Shown: in pieces, positions 27,065-37,903 of the stretch | How the letters are laid out: each line of letters starts with the position of its first letter | How positions within the stretch are numbered: the stretch's first letter is position 1 | The notes under the pieces: generated by a model | Databases searched by the model: none | What the model saw: the letters and a program-made list of their open reading frames with translations, nothing else | Told to the model about the DNA's origin: nothing | Virus record (IMG/VR): IMGVR_UViG_2703718839_000008 | Origin: a virus | Lineage: Duplodnaviria; Heunggongvirae; Uroviricota; Caudoviricetes | Reading direction: 5' to 3' (one strand) | Length of the DNA stretch: 42,613 nucleotides | Translations under genes and position numbers: made by a program

Positions 27065-28544
27065 CACCATTCCGTCGAATACGCTGGTTCCGATTTTTTA
27101 TGCGGAAATGGATAACTCGGCGGCGAATACTGCACAGGACAGCGGAGCATCGCTGCTGATTGGTCATGCCAATAACGGTGCAGAGATTGTTGCCAACAGT
27201 CTGGTGCTGATGCCATCGGCAGACTATGCACGCCAGATTTGTGGTGCGGGAAGTCAGCTGGCGCGTATGGTCGAGGCTTATCGCCAGACTGACCCGTTTG
27301 GCGAGCTGTATGTGATTGCCGTTCCTGAATCCACAGGCGCGGCGGCAACAGTTACGCTGACGGTGACCGGGGCAGCAACCGAAACCGGCACGGTGAATGT
27401 TTATGTGGGACGTACCCGCGTGCAGGCACCGGTGACCAACGGCGATAACGTCGCGACGATTGCCAGCAGTATCAAAGATGCCATCAATGCCGTTCCGACC
27501 CTGCCGTTTACTGCCTCATCTTCGGCAGGCGTGGTCACACTGACCGCGCGTCATAAGGGGCTTTGCGGGAATGAAATTCCTGTCAGCCTCAATTACTACG
27601 GCTTTGGTGGGGGCGAAGTGCTGCCAGCGGGCGTACAGATTGCCGTGGCGACGGGTACCGCCGGAACGGGTGCTCCGGTTCTCACCGGCGCGGTGGCTGC
27701 AATGGCGGATGAGCCGTTTGATTATATCGGTCTGCCGTTCAACGACACGGCCTCCGTTAACACGCTGGTGACCGAGATGAACGATACCAGCGGTCGCTGG
27801 AGCTATGCGCGTCAGCTGTATGGTCATGTGTATACGGCAAAGATCGGCACGCTGTCAGAACTGGTGACCGCAGGTGACCAGTTTAACCAGCAGCACATTA
27901 CCCTGGCGGGGTACGAAAAAGAGACCCAGACGCCTGCCGACGAGCTGGCGGCAAGCCGTACCGCCCGCGCAGCGGTGTTTATTCGCAACGATCCGGCACG
28001 TCCCACGCAGACCGGTGAGCTGGTGGGTATGCTGCCTGCGCCGAAGGGGAAACGGTTCACGATGACCGAACAACAGACCCTGCTGTCTCATGGCGTGGCA
28101 ACGGCGTATGTCGAAAGCGGGGTGCTGCGCATTCAGCGTGATGTCACCACGTACAGGAAAAATGCTTACGGGGTTGCGGATAACAGCTACCTCGACAGCG
28201 AGACGCTGCATACCAGTGCGTATGTACTGCGCAAACTGAAATCCGTCATTACCAGTAAGTACGGGCGTCACAAGCTTGCCAGTGACGGTACCCGCTTTGG
28301 TCCCGGTCAGGCGATTGTCACCCCGGCGGTGATCAAAGGGGAACTGCTGGCAACCTACCGTCAGCTTGAGCGTGCGGGGATCGTGGAAAACTACGAACTG
28401 TTTAAGCAGTACCTGGTTGTGGAGCGTGATGCCAGCGATCCGAACCGCCTGAACACGCTGTTCCCGCCTGACTATGTTAACCAGTTGCGTGTTTTTGCCG
28501 TGGTTAACCAGTTCCGTCTTCAGTATTCAGAGGAGTCTGCATAA
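27051..28544 (+). CDS. Tail sheath protein (Mu L-like)
   Basis: 497 aa immediately upstream of tube and chaperone genes. Confidence 0.75.
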   Translation: MTSFNTIPSNTLVPIFYAEMDNSAANTAQDSGASLLIGHANNGAEIVANSLVLMPSADYARQICGAGSQLARMVEAYRQTDPFGELYVIAVPESTGAAATVTLTVTGAATETGTVNVYVGRTRVQAPVTNGDNVATIASSIKDAINAVPTLPFTASSSAGVVTLTARHKGLCGNEIPVSLNYYGFGGGEVLPAGVQIAVATGTAGTGAPVLTGAVAAMADEPFDYIGLPFNDTASVNTLVTEMNDTSGRWSYARQLYGHVYTAKIGTLSELVTAGDQFNQQHITLAGYEKETQTPADELAASRTARAAVFIRNDPARPTQTGELVGMLPAPKGKRFTMTEQQTLLSHGVATAYVESGVLRIQRDVTTYRKNAYGVADNSYLDSETLHTSAYVLRKLKSVITSKYGRHKLASDGTRFGPGQAIVTPAVIKGELLATYRQLERAGIVENYELFKQYLVVERDASDPNRLNTLFPPDYVNQLRVFAVVNQFRLQYSEESA

Positions 28545-28900
28545 TGGCCCGTATCGGGGGAACCTGTTATTTCAAAATTGACGGTCAGCAGCTATCGCTG
28601 ACCGGCGGCATTGAGGTGCCCATGAACAGGACGGTCAATGATGACATCATCGGCCTGGACGGTTCAGTGGACCGCAAGGAAACTCACCGTGCGCCTTATG
28701 TCAAAGGGACTTTCAAGGTGCCGAAGAATTTTCCGGTGAACAAAATCACCTCGTCTGATGAGATGACTATCACTGCCGAGCTGGCGAACGGTCAGGTCTA
28801 TGTACTGTCGTCTGCCTGGCTGCACGGCGAAGCGAACCATAATGCCGAAGAAGGCACGGTCGATCTTGAGTTCCACGGTGAAGAAGGGGATTACCAGTAA
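28544..28900 (+). CDS. Tail tube protein (Mu M-like)
   Basis: 118 aa following sheath. Confidence 0.7.
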   Translation: MARIGGTCYFKIDGQQLSLTGGIEVPMNRTVNDDIIGLDGSVDRKETHRAPYVKGTFKVPKNFPVNKITSSDEMTITAELANGQVYVLSSAWLHGEANHNAEEGTVDLEFHGEEGDYQ

Positions 28901-29169
28901 TGAAAGAGCTTGAGTTAAAGAAACCGATTACTGCTCATGGCGAGACACTCTCCGTACTGGAGTTTGATGAGCCCACCGGGAAGGATGTCCGCGAGCTGGG
29001 GTATCCCTACCAGATGAATCAGGATGAGTCCGTCAGACTTCTGGCGCATGTGGTGTCGAAATACATTGTGCGGCTGGCGAAAGTGCCGCAAAGCTCTGTC
29101 GACCAGATGTCTCCGGCAGACCTGAATGCAGCGGCGTGGCTTGTGGCTGGTTTTTTCCTCCAGGCCTGA
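28900..29169 (+). CDS. Tail assembly chaperone (short form); -1 frameshift product extends to 29318
   Basis: Conserved position before tape measure; slippery T_TTT_TTC near 3' end; -1 frame ORF 29136-29318 overlaps. Confidence 0.7.
   Translation: MKELELKKPITAHGETLSVLEFDEPTGKDVRELGYPYQMNQDESVRLLAHVVSKYIVRLAKVPQSSVDQMSPADLNAAAWLVAGFFLQA
29151..29157 (+). promoter_or_regulatory. Programmed -1 ribosomal frameshift slippery heptamer
   Basis: T TTT TTC in zero frame, 4 codons before the stop; -1 frame continues as FFPPGLTAEY... to 29318. Confidence 0.6.
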
Positions 29170-29310
29170 CGGCTGAATACCTCACTGATCGCTTCTTTGA
29201 CTGCGCCAGCTACTGGCGCATTAATCCCTTCGAATTGCTGAGTATGCCGATCAGTGAAATTCCCTTGCTGGTCAGTCAGGCAAACAGGATAGAGCAGGAG
29301 AAACGCACAC

Positions 29311-31143
29311 ATGGCTGAATTTGAGCTTAAGGCGTTGATCACCGGTGTCGACAGGCTTTCTCCCGCGCTGTCGAAAATGCAAAAGAAAATCCGGGGATTT
29401 AAACGCCAGGCGGAAGAAGCGTCACAGGGTGGGCTGGCGCTTGGGGGCGGATTGGCAGCGGGTCTGACGCTTTCCCTGAAATCTTATGCCGATCAGGAAA
29501 ACGCCGCCACCGGGCTGAAAGTCGCCATGATGGATGCGAACGGCGAGGTTGGAAAGAGCTTTCAGGACATCAATAAACTGGCTATTGGCCTGGGTAACCA
29601 GCTACCTGGTACAACGGCTGATTTCCAGAACATGATGCAGATGCTGGTGCGTCAGGGGATCCCGGCAGAAAACATTCTTGGCGGTGTGGGTAAAGCGACA
29701 GCTTATCTTGCGGTACAACTGAAAAAAACACCGGAAGCGGCTGCCGAGTTTGCCGCAAAGATGCAGGATGCTACCGGAACGGCGTCAGAAGACATGATGG
29801 GGCTGTTCGACACTATCCAGAAGGCGTTTTATCTGGGCGTTGACGATACCAACATGTTGTCCTTCTTCACTAAAACCAGCTCTGTTCTGAAGATGGTGAA
29901 CAAGGACGGTCTTCAGGCTGCACAGAGCCTTGCCCCCATCAGCGTCATGATGGATCAGATGGGGATGAACGGGGAGGCGGCAGGTAATGCCCTGCGAAAA
30001 GTTATCCAGTCCGGATTAAGTGTTAAGAAAATCAGGGACGTCAATAAAGTCATGGCCCGCCAGAAACTCGGGGTACAGCTCGATTTTACTGACGGCAAAG
30101 GAAGTTTTGGCGGTCTTGATAACATGTTTAAGCAACTGGCAAAGTTGCGAAAACTGACTGACGTTAAGCGAACTAATGTACTTAAGGCAATATTTGGTGA
30201 TGATGCCGAAACCATTCAGGTGGTCAATGCGCTGATCGATAAAGGAAAGGATGGTTACGATCAGATCCAGCAGAAGATGAATAAACAGGCCAGCCTGAAT
30301 AAACGTGTTCAGGCACAGCTTGGTACGTTGTCCAACCTGTGGGAGGCAATGACGGGGACCGCAACTAACGGCCTTGCAGCTATTGGCGGCGCATTTTCTG
30401 GTGACGCTAAAAATATCACGCAATGGCTGGGGGAGTTGGGGGAGAAATTCACGAAGTTTGCGGATCAAAATCCCCGGGTTATTCGCGGCGTCGTCGGGCT
30501 TGCTGCCGGTCTTGCGATTCTGAAACTGGGATTGATGGGCGTGGGCAGTGCCATCAGTATCGTCAGCAGGATCATGTCGATGACGCCGATTGGCATGATT
30601 GCGACGGCGATTGCCCTGGCTGCGGGATTAATTATCACTAACTGGGATGTTGTTGGACCTTATTTCAAGAAGCTCTGGGAAACCATTGGTCCTTATTTTG
30701 AGGTTGGCTGGGAACTCCTCAAGAAAGTTTTTGCCTGGTCGCCGCTGGGGATGGTGATCAATAACTGGGGACCGGTTGTTAAGTGGTTTCAGGATATGTG
30801 GGACAAGCTGAAGCCAATTATTGAGTGGTTTACTGACAGTTCCGGTGACACGGTCGATGCCATTAACTCTGCGCAGTGGGGCGCAGGTGCCTATGATGCT
30901 TATGGGACGGGAATACCGGCGCGGGGATACACACCTTACCCGGCGGTGGATCCGGCGCAGTCAAACAACGCCTCCGGTGCCACAGGCCCGAATCCCTTCA
31001 TGATAAACAAAGCTTCTGCGCCAAAAGTTGATGGTGAGATCAAGGTATCTTTTGTGAATATGCCACCAGGTATGCGGGTTATGGAAACGCGATCCAGCGG
31101 TATTGATGTCAGCCATGATGTTGGCTATACGCGGTTCAGGTAG
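29311..31143 (+). CDS. Tail tape measure protein
   Basis: 610 aa, helical, with Gly/Ala-rich and hydrophobic segments. Confidence 0.85.
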   Translation: MAEFELKALITGVDRLSPALSKMQKKIRGFKRQAEEASQGGLALGGGLAAGLTLSLKSYADQENAATGLKVAMMDANGEVGKSFQDINKLAIGLGNQLPGTTADFQNMMQMLVRQGIPAENILGGVGKATAYLAVQLKKTPEAAAEFAAKMQDATGTASEDMMGLFDTIQKAFYLGVDDTNMLSFFTKTSSVLKMVNKDGLQAAQSLAPISVMMDQMGMNGEAAGNALRKVIQSGLSVKKIRDVNKVMARQKLGVQLDFTDGKGSFGGLDNMFKQLAKLRKLTDVKRTNVLKAIFGDDAETIQVVNALIDKGKDGYDQIQQKMNKQASLNKRVQAQLGTLSNLWEAMTGTATNGLAAIGGAFSGDAKNITQWLGELGEKFTKFADQNPRVIRGVVGLAAGLAILKLGLMGVGSAISIVSRIMSMTPIGMIATAIALAAGLIITNWDVVGPYFKKLWETIGPYFEVGWELLKKVFAWSPLGMVINNWGPVVKWFQDMWDKLKPIIEWFTDSSGDTVDAINSAQWGAGAYDAYGTGIPARGYTPYPAVDPAQSNNASGATGPNPFMINKASAPKVDGEIKVSFVNMPPGMRVMETRSSGIDVSHDVGYTRFR

Positions 31144-31242
31144 TGTACAAAATGATTAATGTGTTTTTGTCTGGCATAATTTGGGTTTTCAACTTTAAGC
31201 AGTTAATATAATCACTCCTTACAAATGATTGAAGGGATGATT

Positions 31243-31737
31243 ATGCGTATCTTTGTGTTTTTTATATCTGCACTTTTATCTTTTAACTTGGCAGCGGAAG
31301 AGTGTAAGTTCAGCTTTAATGAGTCAGAATTAATCTCTTCTATAGGTATTGCACCAGTTAAGCAAGAGATAGTAAAGGATGAAGGAATAACTAAGCGTCA
31401 ATATGAATTCAGGAGAGAATTGTCTTTTGAAGAAATGCTTGGCGATGATGCTGATGAAAAATATGAGCCGCAGTTTTATATATCTGTTTATAATCCATCA
31501 TGTCCACAAAAGGTTATTATTTGGTTTTTCAAAGACAATAAAAACACACAAACTTTAAGTAATGAGGTCCTTGCTGGTAGAGCATTCAAGTATTTAACTG
31601 GTGTTAATGAAAGTATTTTTGAAAATAAAATGAAAAAGTTTTCAAAGGTACAGTCATTTGAATCCTTTGATGAAAGGACGGACTCTAAATTTATAAAGAG
31701 TGGTAATGTTTATTCCATTGATGTTCAACTCAGATAG
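31243..31737 (+). CDS. AT-rich moron encoding a secreted protein with N-terminal signal peptide, 164 aa
   Basis: MRIFVFFISALLSFNLAAEE signal peptide; much lower GC than flanking tail genes; own RBS, possible TATAAT upstream and own terminator. Confidence 0.6.
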   Translation: MRIFVFFISALLSFNLAAEECKFSFNESELISSIGIAPVKQEIVKDEGITKRQYEFRRELSFEEMLGDDADEKYEPQFYISVYNPSCPQKVIIWFFKDNKNTQTLSNEVLAGRAFKYLTGVNESIFENKMKKFSKVQSFESFDERTDSKFIKSGNVYSIDVQLR

Positions 31738-31754
31738 TAATTAAAAATATTAGG

Positions 31755-31813
31755 TTCCCGCCACATCTTCTGCGATGTAAATAACTGACAAAGCAGATTT
31801 GGCGGGTTTTTTG
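31755..31813 (+). terminator. Terminator after the moron
   Basis: cccgccacatc...gatttggcggg interrupted stem followed by TTTTTT. Confidence 0.55.
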
Positions 31814-31827
31814 TATCCGGAGTTTAT

Positions 31828-33156
31828 ATGACGTGGAAAGACAGGCTTCAGGATGCGTCATTTCGCGGCGTACCGTTTAAGGTTGAAGAAGAAAGTGCGG
31901 GAACCGGTCGCCGTGTGGAAACACACGAATATCCGAACCGCGACAAGCCCTATACCGAAGATCTGGGAAAAGTCACTTTCCGCCCGTCCATCACAGCTTA
32001 TGTGGTGGGAGATGACTGCTTTGACCAGCGCGATCGCCTGATTGACGCGCTGAATAAACCCGGTCCCGGCACGCTTGTCCACCCGACATATGGTGAGCTG
32101 AAAGTCTGTGTTGACGGGGAAGTTCGGGTCAGCACATCGAAAAGTGAAGGGCGTATTGTCCGCTTTGACCTGAAGTTTGTCGAAGCAGGAGAACTCTCTT
32201 ACCCCACATCAGGTGCGGCGACGGCGCAGACGCTGATGTCATCCTGTTCTGCACTGGATGACTGCATCAGTGACAGCTTCAGCGGTTTCAGTATCGATGG
32301 TGTGGCGGATTTTGTGCAGAACGACGTTATCGGTAATGCCAGCATAATGCTGGGGTATGTTTCTGATGCGATGAAAGTGGTGGATTCTGCCGTATCGGAT
32401 GCCGCCAGGCTGTTGCAGGGGGATATCTCGGTACTTCTGCCGCCGCCATCGTCAGGCAAAAATTTCGTTGAGCAGGTGCAGAAAATGTGGCGTACCGGGA
32501 AACGCCTTTATGGTAACGCCAGCGACCTGGTCACCATGATCAAAACGCTTTCCGGTGTCAGCCTCGGCAGCGATCTGCAACCGCGCGGCGTCTGGAAAAC
32601 GGACAGTAAAACCACCGCCACGGCGACGCAGCAGCGTAACGTGGTTGCCAGCACCCTTCGTACGACCGCAATCAGCGAAGCGGCGTATGCCGTCACCCGA
32701 TTGCCTGCGCCAACAACTTCCGCGGTGATGCAGAATTCCGCAGTGGGGCAGGCAACAACACCTGCGCAGAGCACTGGCTGGCCTTCCGTCACGCATCCGG
32801 CACTGAACAATGCACCGGCGGTGAAAAACACAGTTGACCTGCCGACGTGGGAAGAACTGACTGACATTCGCGACACACTGAATACGGCAATTGATAAGGA
32901 GTTGTCCCGTACAACCAGTGATGCGCTGTTTCTGGCGCTGCGCCGGGTGAAAGCAGATCTGAATGCGGATATCAACACGCGCCTTGAACAGTCTGCACGG
33001 ATCATTCAGCGCACACCGGATGAGGTTTTACCCGCGCTGGTGCTGGCGGCGACCTGGTTTGATAACGCGGCGCGTGACGCGGACATTATCCGGCGTAATG
33101 CCATTACGCATCCCGGCTTTGTGCCGGTGATCCCTCTGAAGGTGCCAGTGCAATGA
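31828..33156 (+). CDS. Mu N-like DNA circularization protein (tail/baseplate)
   Basis: N-terminal MTWKDRLQDASFRGVPFKVEEESAGTGRRVETHEYPNRD is typical of the family. Confidence 0.7.
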   Translation: MTWKDRLQDASFRGVPFKVEEESAGTGRRVETHEYPNRDKPYTEDLGKVTFRPSITAYVVGDDCFDQRDRLIDALNKPGPGTLVHPTYGELKVCVDGEVRVSTSKSEGRIVRFDLKFVEAGELSYPTSGAATAQTLMSSCSALDDCISDSFSGFSIDGVADFVQNDVIGNASIMLGYVSDAMKVVDSAVSDAARLLQGDISVLLPPPSSGKNFVEQVQKMWRTGKRLYGNASDLVTMIKTLSGVSLGSDLQPRGVWKTDSKTTATATQQRNVVASTLRTTAISEAAYAVTRLPAPTTSAVMQNSAVGQATTPAQSTGWPSVTHPALNNAPAVKNTVDLPTWEELTDIRDTLNTAIDKELSRTTSDALFLALRRVKADLNADINTRLEQSARIIQRTPDEVLPALVLAATWFDNAARDADIIRRNAITHPGFVPVIPLKVPVQ

Positions 33157-34232
33157 ACGATAACGTCACGCTACGGGTAAATGGCCGGGAGTGGAATGGC
33201 TGGACATCGGTGCGCATCGGTGCCGGTGTTGAACGACTGGCGCGGGATTTCAGTGTGGAGATCACCCGCCAGTGGCCGGGAGATGAGGGTATCACCACGC
33301 TTCAGCCGCGCATTAAAAACGGTTCAAAAGTGGAAGTGCTGATTGGTGATGAGCTGGTGATCACCGGCTGGGTGGAGGCGACGCCCGTTCGTTACGATGC
33401 CCGTTCGGTCAGCACCGGTATTGCCGGACGCAGTCTAACCGCTGATCTGATTGACTGTGCAGCCGAACCGACACAGTTTAACGGACGATCGCTGGTACAG
33501 ATTGCGCAGGCGCTTGCTGCGCCCTTCGGCATTGAGGTGGTGAACAACGGTGCGCCGTCGGGTGTTATTCCTGACGTCCAGCCTGATCACGGTGAAACGG
33601 TGATTGAGGTAATCAACAAAATACTCGGTCAGCAGCAGGCACTGGCTTACGACGACCCGCACGGCAGGCTGGTGATTGGCGGTATTGGCTCAACGCGGGC
33701 ACATACCGCGCTGGTACTTGGGGAAAACATCCTTTCCTGTGATACGGAGAAGAGTATCCGGGAGCGGTTTTCAGTTTACCAGGTGGCGGGGCAGCGTGCC
33801 GGAAACGACGATGATTTCGGTGAGGCCACCACCACCGCGCTGCGGGCCCGCACAGAGGACGCATTTATTGCCCGTTACCGTCCGATGTATATCAGGCAGA
33901 CAGGGCAGGCCACGGGGGCAGGCTGTATTGCGCGTGCTGACTTTGAAGCCCGACAACGGGCGGCGCGGACGGATGAAACCACCTATGTGGTGCAGGGCTG
34001 GCGACAGGGTAACGGTACGCTGTGGCAGCCCAACCAGCGGGTGATTGTCTTTGATCCGGTCTGTGGTTTCGACAATACCGAACTGCTTGTTTCGGAAGTC
34101 ACGTTTACTCAGGACCAGAACGGCACCCTGACGGAAATCCGTGTCGGCCCGCCTGATGCTTATCTGCCTGAACCCGAAGATCCCGGCGCGCGGAAAAAGA
34201 AAAAAGCCAGAGTACAGGAGGACCCGTTCTGA
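33153..34232 (+). CDS. Mu P-like baseplate hub (late control D family)
   Basis: 359 aa in the conserved Mu-like order after the N-like gene. Confidence 0.65.
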   Translation: MNDNVTLRVNGREWNGWTSVRIGAGVERLARDFSVEITRQWPGDEGITTLQPRIKNGSKVEVLIGDELVITGWVEATPVRYDARSVSTGIAGRSLTADLIDCAAEPTQFNGRSLVQIAQALAAPFGIEVVNNGAPSGVIPDVQPDHGETVIEVINKILGQQQALAYDDPHGRLVIGGIGSTRAHTALVLGENILSCDTEKSIRERFSVYQVAGQRAGNDDDFGEATTTALRARTEDAFIARYRPMYIRQTGQATGAGCIARADFEARQRAARTDETTYVVQGWRQGNGTLWQPNQRVIVFDPVCGFDNTELLVSEVTFTQDQNGTLTEIRVGPPDAYLPEPEDPGARKKKKARVQEDPF

Positions 34233-34780
34233 TGAGGGCGATTGAAACCATACAGCGACAACTCCTCGGGCTGATTGGGCGGGCCGTGGTGAAAAGCATC
34301 AGTGCCGCAACGAAATGTCAGACCGTGGATGTGTCCCTGATTGCCGGTGAACCCAAAGCCGGGGTTGAACATCTTGAACCTTACGGTTTTACCGCAAGGG
34401 CAAACAGCGGTGCGGAAGCGGTGGTGTTGTTTCCGGATGGCGACCGTTCTCATGCGGTGGTTGTTACGGTGTCGGATCGGCGTTACCGCCTGAAAGGGCT
34501 GCAGACGGGTGAGGTGGCTGTCTATGACGATCAGGGGCAGTCCGTGACGCTGACCCGGGAGGGGATCGTGGTGGACGGTGCAGGTAAAACGATCACGTTT
34601 CGCAATTCACCTAAAGCACGTTTTGAAATGGACCTGGAAGTGACAGGACAGGTGAAAGACCTGTGCGACTCCAGCGGCACCACCATGTCAGCGATGCGGC
34701 TTGCCTATAACGGGCATCGTCACAGAGAGAACGGTCAGGGCAGTAACACCGACAAACCTGATAAAGCGATGGAGGCATGA
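34232..34780 (+). CDS. Baseplate spike / assembly protein V-like (Mu gp45-like)
   Basis: Position and size; translationally coupled. Confidence 0.6.
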   Translation: MRAIETIQRQLLGLIGRAVVKSISAATKCQTVDVSLIAGEPKAGVEHLEPYGFTARANSGAEAVVLFPDGDRSHAVVVTVSDRRYRLKGLQTGEVAVYDDQGQSVTLTREGIVVDGAGKTITFRNSPKARFEMDLEVTGQVKDLCDSSGTTMSAMRLAYNGHRHRENGQGSNTDKPDKAMEA

Positions 34781-35205
34781 TGGAACTGTGGCTGACGGTG
34801 AACGGTAAACGCACCTGCGCCAGCGCACCGCTGGATCCGCTGACCCGCGCCGTGGTGATTTCCCTGTTTACCTGGCGGCGGGCGGAGCCTGATGACAACG
34901 CCGACGTCCCGATGGGATGGTGGGGGGATACCTGGCCTGCGGTACAGAATGACCGTTACGGCTCCCGACTGTGGCTGCTTCAGCGCAGCAAACTGACCAA
35001 TCAGCTGGTGCAGACGGTAAGGGGGTATATCCGCGAATGCCTGCAATGGATGATTGATGATGGCGTGGTGTCCCGTATTGATCTGGATATCCGCCGCACC
35101 GGGATTAATGAACTGGGTAACAGTATCACTCTCTGGCGTCGTGACGGACCGGTAATGATTTCTTTTGATGATCTGTGGAGTGCGATAACGCATGGCGGAC
35201 AGTGA
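34777..35205 (+). CDS. Mu gp46-like baseplate protein
   Basis: 142 aa in conserved order. Confidence 0.55.
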   Translation: MMELWLTVNGKRTCASAPLDPLTRAVVISLFTWRRAEPDDNADVPMGWWGDTWPAVQNDRYGSRLWLLQRSKLTNQLVQTVRGYIRECLQWMIDDGVVSRIDLDIRRTGINELGNSITLWRRDGPVMISFDDLWSAITHGGQ

Positions 35206-36250
35206 ATTTCAGCGCCCGACGCTGGCAGAAAATATCAGTATGCTCCGTAACGATTTATTCGCCAGGCTGGACGTCAGCGACACGCTCCGGCGCATGGATG
35301 AAGACGTGCGGGCAAAGGTGTATGCGGCGGCGCTGCATACGGTTTACGGTTACATCGATTATCTGGCAATGAACATGCTGCCTGATCTGTGCGATGAGTC
35401 CTGGCTGGCGCGACATGCTGCGATGAAACGGTGTCCGCGCAAGGGGGCCACGGCTGCCAGCGGGTATATGCGCTGGGAAGGTGTCAGCGATGGCCTGAAG
35501 GTGACCGCCGGGAGTGTTATTCAGCGCGATGACCTGGTTCAGTACACGGCAACTGCCGATGCAATCAGCACTGGTGGTGTCCTGCGTGTGCCGATCACTT
35601 GCTCAACTACAGGCGCGGTCGGTAACGCTGACGACGGTACGGCATTAATCCTGGTCACGCCGGTGAATGGTCTGCCGTCTTCCGGTGTGGCTGACACCCT
35701 GACAGGCGGATTTGATACTGAAGAGCTGGAAACGTGGCGCGCCCGCGTCATTGAGCGGTATTACTGGACGCCTCAGGGCGGGGCTGACGGGGACTATGTC
35801 GTCTGGGCTAAAGAAGTGCCCGGCATTACCCGCGCATGGACATACCGACACTGGATGGGAACGGGGACTGTCGGTGTGATGATTGCCAGCAGTGACCTGA
35901 TTAATCCCATTCCGGAAGAGTCAACGGAAACGGCGGCAAGACAACATATCGAGCCACTGGCCCCGGTGGCAGGCTCTGATTTGTATGTATTCAGGCCGGT
36001 GGCGCATAAAGTGGATTTTCATATCCGCGTGACGCCGGACACACCGGAAATACGGGCTGCCATCACCGCCGAGTTGCGTTCGTTCCTGCTGCGTGATGGT
36101 TATCCGCAGGGAGAACTGAAGGTGTCACGTATCAGTGAAGCGATTTCCGGTGCGAACGGGGAATACAGCCATCAGTTGCTTGCCCCGGCGGACAATATCT
36201 CCATTGCAAAAAATGAGCTGGCGGTTCTGGGGACGATTTCATGGACGTGA
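35192..36250 (+). CDS. Baseplate J-like protein (Mu gp47-like)
   Basis: 352 aa in conserved order. Confidence 0.65.
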   Translation: MADSEFQRPTLAENISMLRNDLFARLDVSDTLRRMDEDVRAKVYAAALHTVYGYIDYLAMNMLPDLCDESWLARHAAMKRCPRKGATAASGYMRWEGVSDGLKVTAGSVIQRDDLVQYTATADAISTGGVLRVPITCSTTGAVGNADDGTALILVTPVNGLPSSGVADTLTGGFDTEELETWRARVIERYYWTPQGGADGDYVVWAKEVPGITRAWTYRHWMGTGTVGVMIASSDLINPIPEESTETAARQHIEPLAPVAGSDLYVFRPVAHKVDFHIRVTPDTPEIRAAITAELRSFLLRDGYPQGELKVSRISEAISGANGEYSHQLLAPADNISIAKNELAVLGTISWT

Positions 36251-36825
36251 CAAACGATGATTATATCCGTCTGTTGTCGGCACTGTTGCCGCCCGGTCCG
36301 GCGTGGTCAGTCAGCGATCCGGCGATTGCCGGTGCGGCACCGTCATTAACCCGCGTTCATCAGCGTGCGGATGCCCTGATGCGGGAGCTGGATCCGCGCA
36401 CCACCACTGAACTGATAAACCGCTGGGAGCGTCTGTGCGGTCTGCCGGATGAATGTATTCCCGCAGGGACACAGACCCTTCGCCAGCGTCAGCAACGGCT
36501 GGATGCGAAGGTTAATCTGGCGGGCGGCATCAATGAGGATTTTTATCTTGCACAGCTTGCTGCCCTGGGCAGACCAGACGCCACTATCACGCGATACGAT
36601 AAAAGCACGTTCACCTGCTCATCGGCCTGTACTGACGCAGTGAATGCGCCGGAATGGCGGTATTACTGGCAGGTCAACATGCCAGCCGCCACCAACACCA
36701 CCTGGATGACATGTGGCGCTCCCTGTGATTCCGCACTGCGTATCTGGGGCGACACCGTTGTCGAGTGCGTGCTTAACAAACTCTGCCCTTCGCATACCTA
36801 CGTAATTTTTAAATATCCGGAGTAA
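36241..36825 (+). CDS. YmfQ/DUF2313-like tail protein (Mu gp48-like)
   Basis: 194 aa immediately upstream of the tail fibre gene, as in e14 ymfQ. Confidence 0.6.
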   Translation: MDVTNDDYIRLLSALLPPGPAWSVSDPAIAGAAPSLTRVHQRADALMRELDPRTTTELINRWERLCGLPDECIPAGTQTLRQRQQRLDAKVNLAGGINEDFYLAQLAALGRPDATITRYDKSTFTCSSACTDAVNAPEWRYYWQVNMPAATNTTWMTCGAPCDSALRIWGDTVVECVLNKLCPSHTYVIFKYPE

Positions 36826-36828
36826 TCC

Positions 36829-37467
36829 ATGCATCGTATAGACACGAAAACCGCGCAGAAGGATAAGTTCGGCGCGGGTAAGAACGGTTTTACCCGTGGT
36901 AACCCCCAGACCGGCACACCTGCCACCGATCTGGATGATGACTACTTTGACATGTTGCAGGAGGAGCTTTGCAGCGTTGTGGAGGCATCCGGTGCCAGCC
37001 TGGAGAAGGGGCGGCACGACCAGCTGCTTACCGCGCTTCGTGCGCTGCTGTTAAGCCGCAAGAATCCGTTTGGTGATATCAAATCGGATGGCACGGTGAA
37101 AACGGCTCTCGAAAACCTTGGTTTGGGGGAATTGGCTCTGGCTGGCGCAACAACCGGCGCTATGTTGGTGAATGGGTATGTAGCAATTCCATTAATTATT
37201 TCTGGCGTTCGGAGACCACTTATTATCCAGTGGGGAGTGGGGCAGTTTGGGGGAAGTCTGGGGGATGATGCGGGATATTTAAACAATTTCCCTTTCGCTT
37301 TTCCGTCGGCGTGCTACGTGATGGTTGCCAGCCACGTGGGGCATACACCTTCGGGTGCCGGAATACTATCTGCTTCCGCAATCACAAAAAGCGGCTTTCG
37401 TGGTTTTTCCAGCGTAGCGACTGCCGCAAATCCTGTATCGGGCTGTTATGTTGCTATAGGAGGGTGA
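36829..37467 (+). CDS. Tail fibre protein: constant N-terminal part fused to variable C-terminal part in current orientation
   Basis: N-terminus [55 protein letters not shown] matches e14/Mu-type fibre N-termini; recombination site falls within codons ENLGLGE. Confidence 0.8.
   Translation: MHRIDTKTAQKDKFGAGKNGFTRGNPQTGTPATDLDDDYFDMLQEELCSVVEASGASLEKGRHDQLLTALRALLLSRKNPFGDIKSDGTVKTALENLGLGELALAGATTGAMLVNGYVAIPLIISGVRRPLIIQWGVGQFGGSLGDDAGYLNNFPFAFPSACYVMVASHVGHTPSGAGILSASAITKSGFRGFSSVATAANPVSGCYVAIGG
37108..37130. repeat. Left inverted-repeat recombination site (gix/pix-like) of the invertible fibre segment
   Basis: ctcgaaaaccttggtttgggggaa is the near-inverse of 38912-38934; resembles Gin/Hin site core. 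Confidence 0.6.
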
Positions 37468-37468
37468 T

Positions 37469-37903
37469 GTGTTTTTTAGTCCATCTTTAAATATTTTTGT
37501 GAATCCTGCGCTTAAGGATGACTACATCAATGAAAATTCATGGCCAGATGATGCTGTTGAAGTTGATGAGCAGGTGTATATTGAGTTTTCCGGATTACCG
37601 CCGAAAGGAAAAATCCGTATCGCTGGGGAAAATGGTTTTCCTGCATGGTCTGAAATTCCACCACCAACGCATGAGGAACAGATTGCCGCAGCCGAATTGA
37701 AAAAACAGCAATTGATTAATCAGTCCAACGAATATATGAATACCAAGCAATGGCCTGGTAAAGCGGCTATTGGTCGTCTGAAAGGTGAGGAACTGGCGCA
37801 ATATAATTTGTGGCTGGATTATCTGGACGCACTGGAACTGGTTGATACCTCCAGTGCTCCAGATATTGAATGGCCTACGCCTCCGGCAGTTCAGGCCAGA
37901 TGA
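37469..37903 (+). CDS. Tail fibre assembly protein
   Basis: GTG start after GGAGGG; C-terminal ...LDYLDALELVDTSSAPDIEWP typical of Tfa chaperones. Confidence 0.7.
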   Translation: MFFSPSLNIFVNPALKDDYINENSWPDDAVEVDEQVYIEFSGLPPKGKIRIAGENGFPAWSEIPPPTHEEQIAAAELKKQQLINQSNEYMNTKQWPGKAAIGRLKGEELAQYNLWLDYLDALELVDTSSAPDIEWPTPPAVQAR

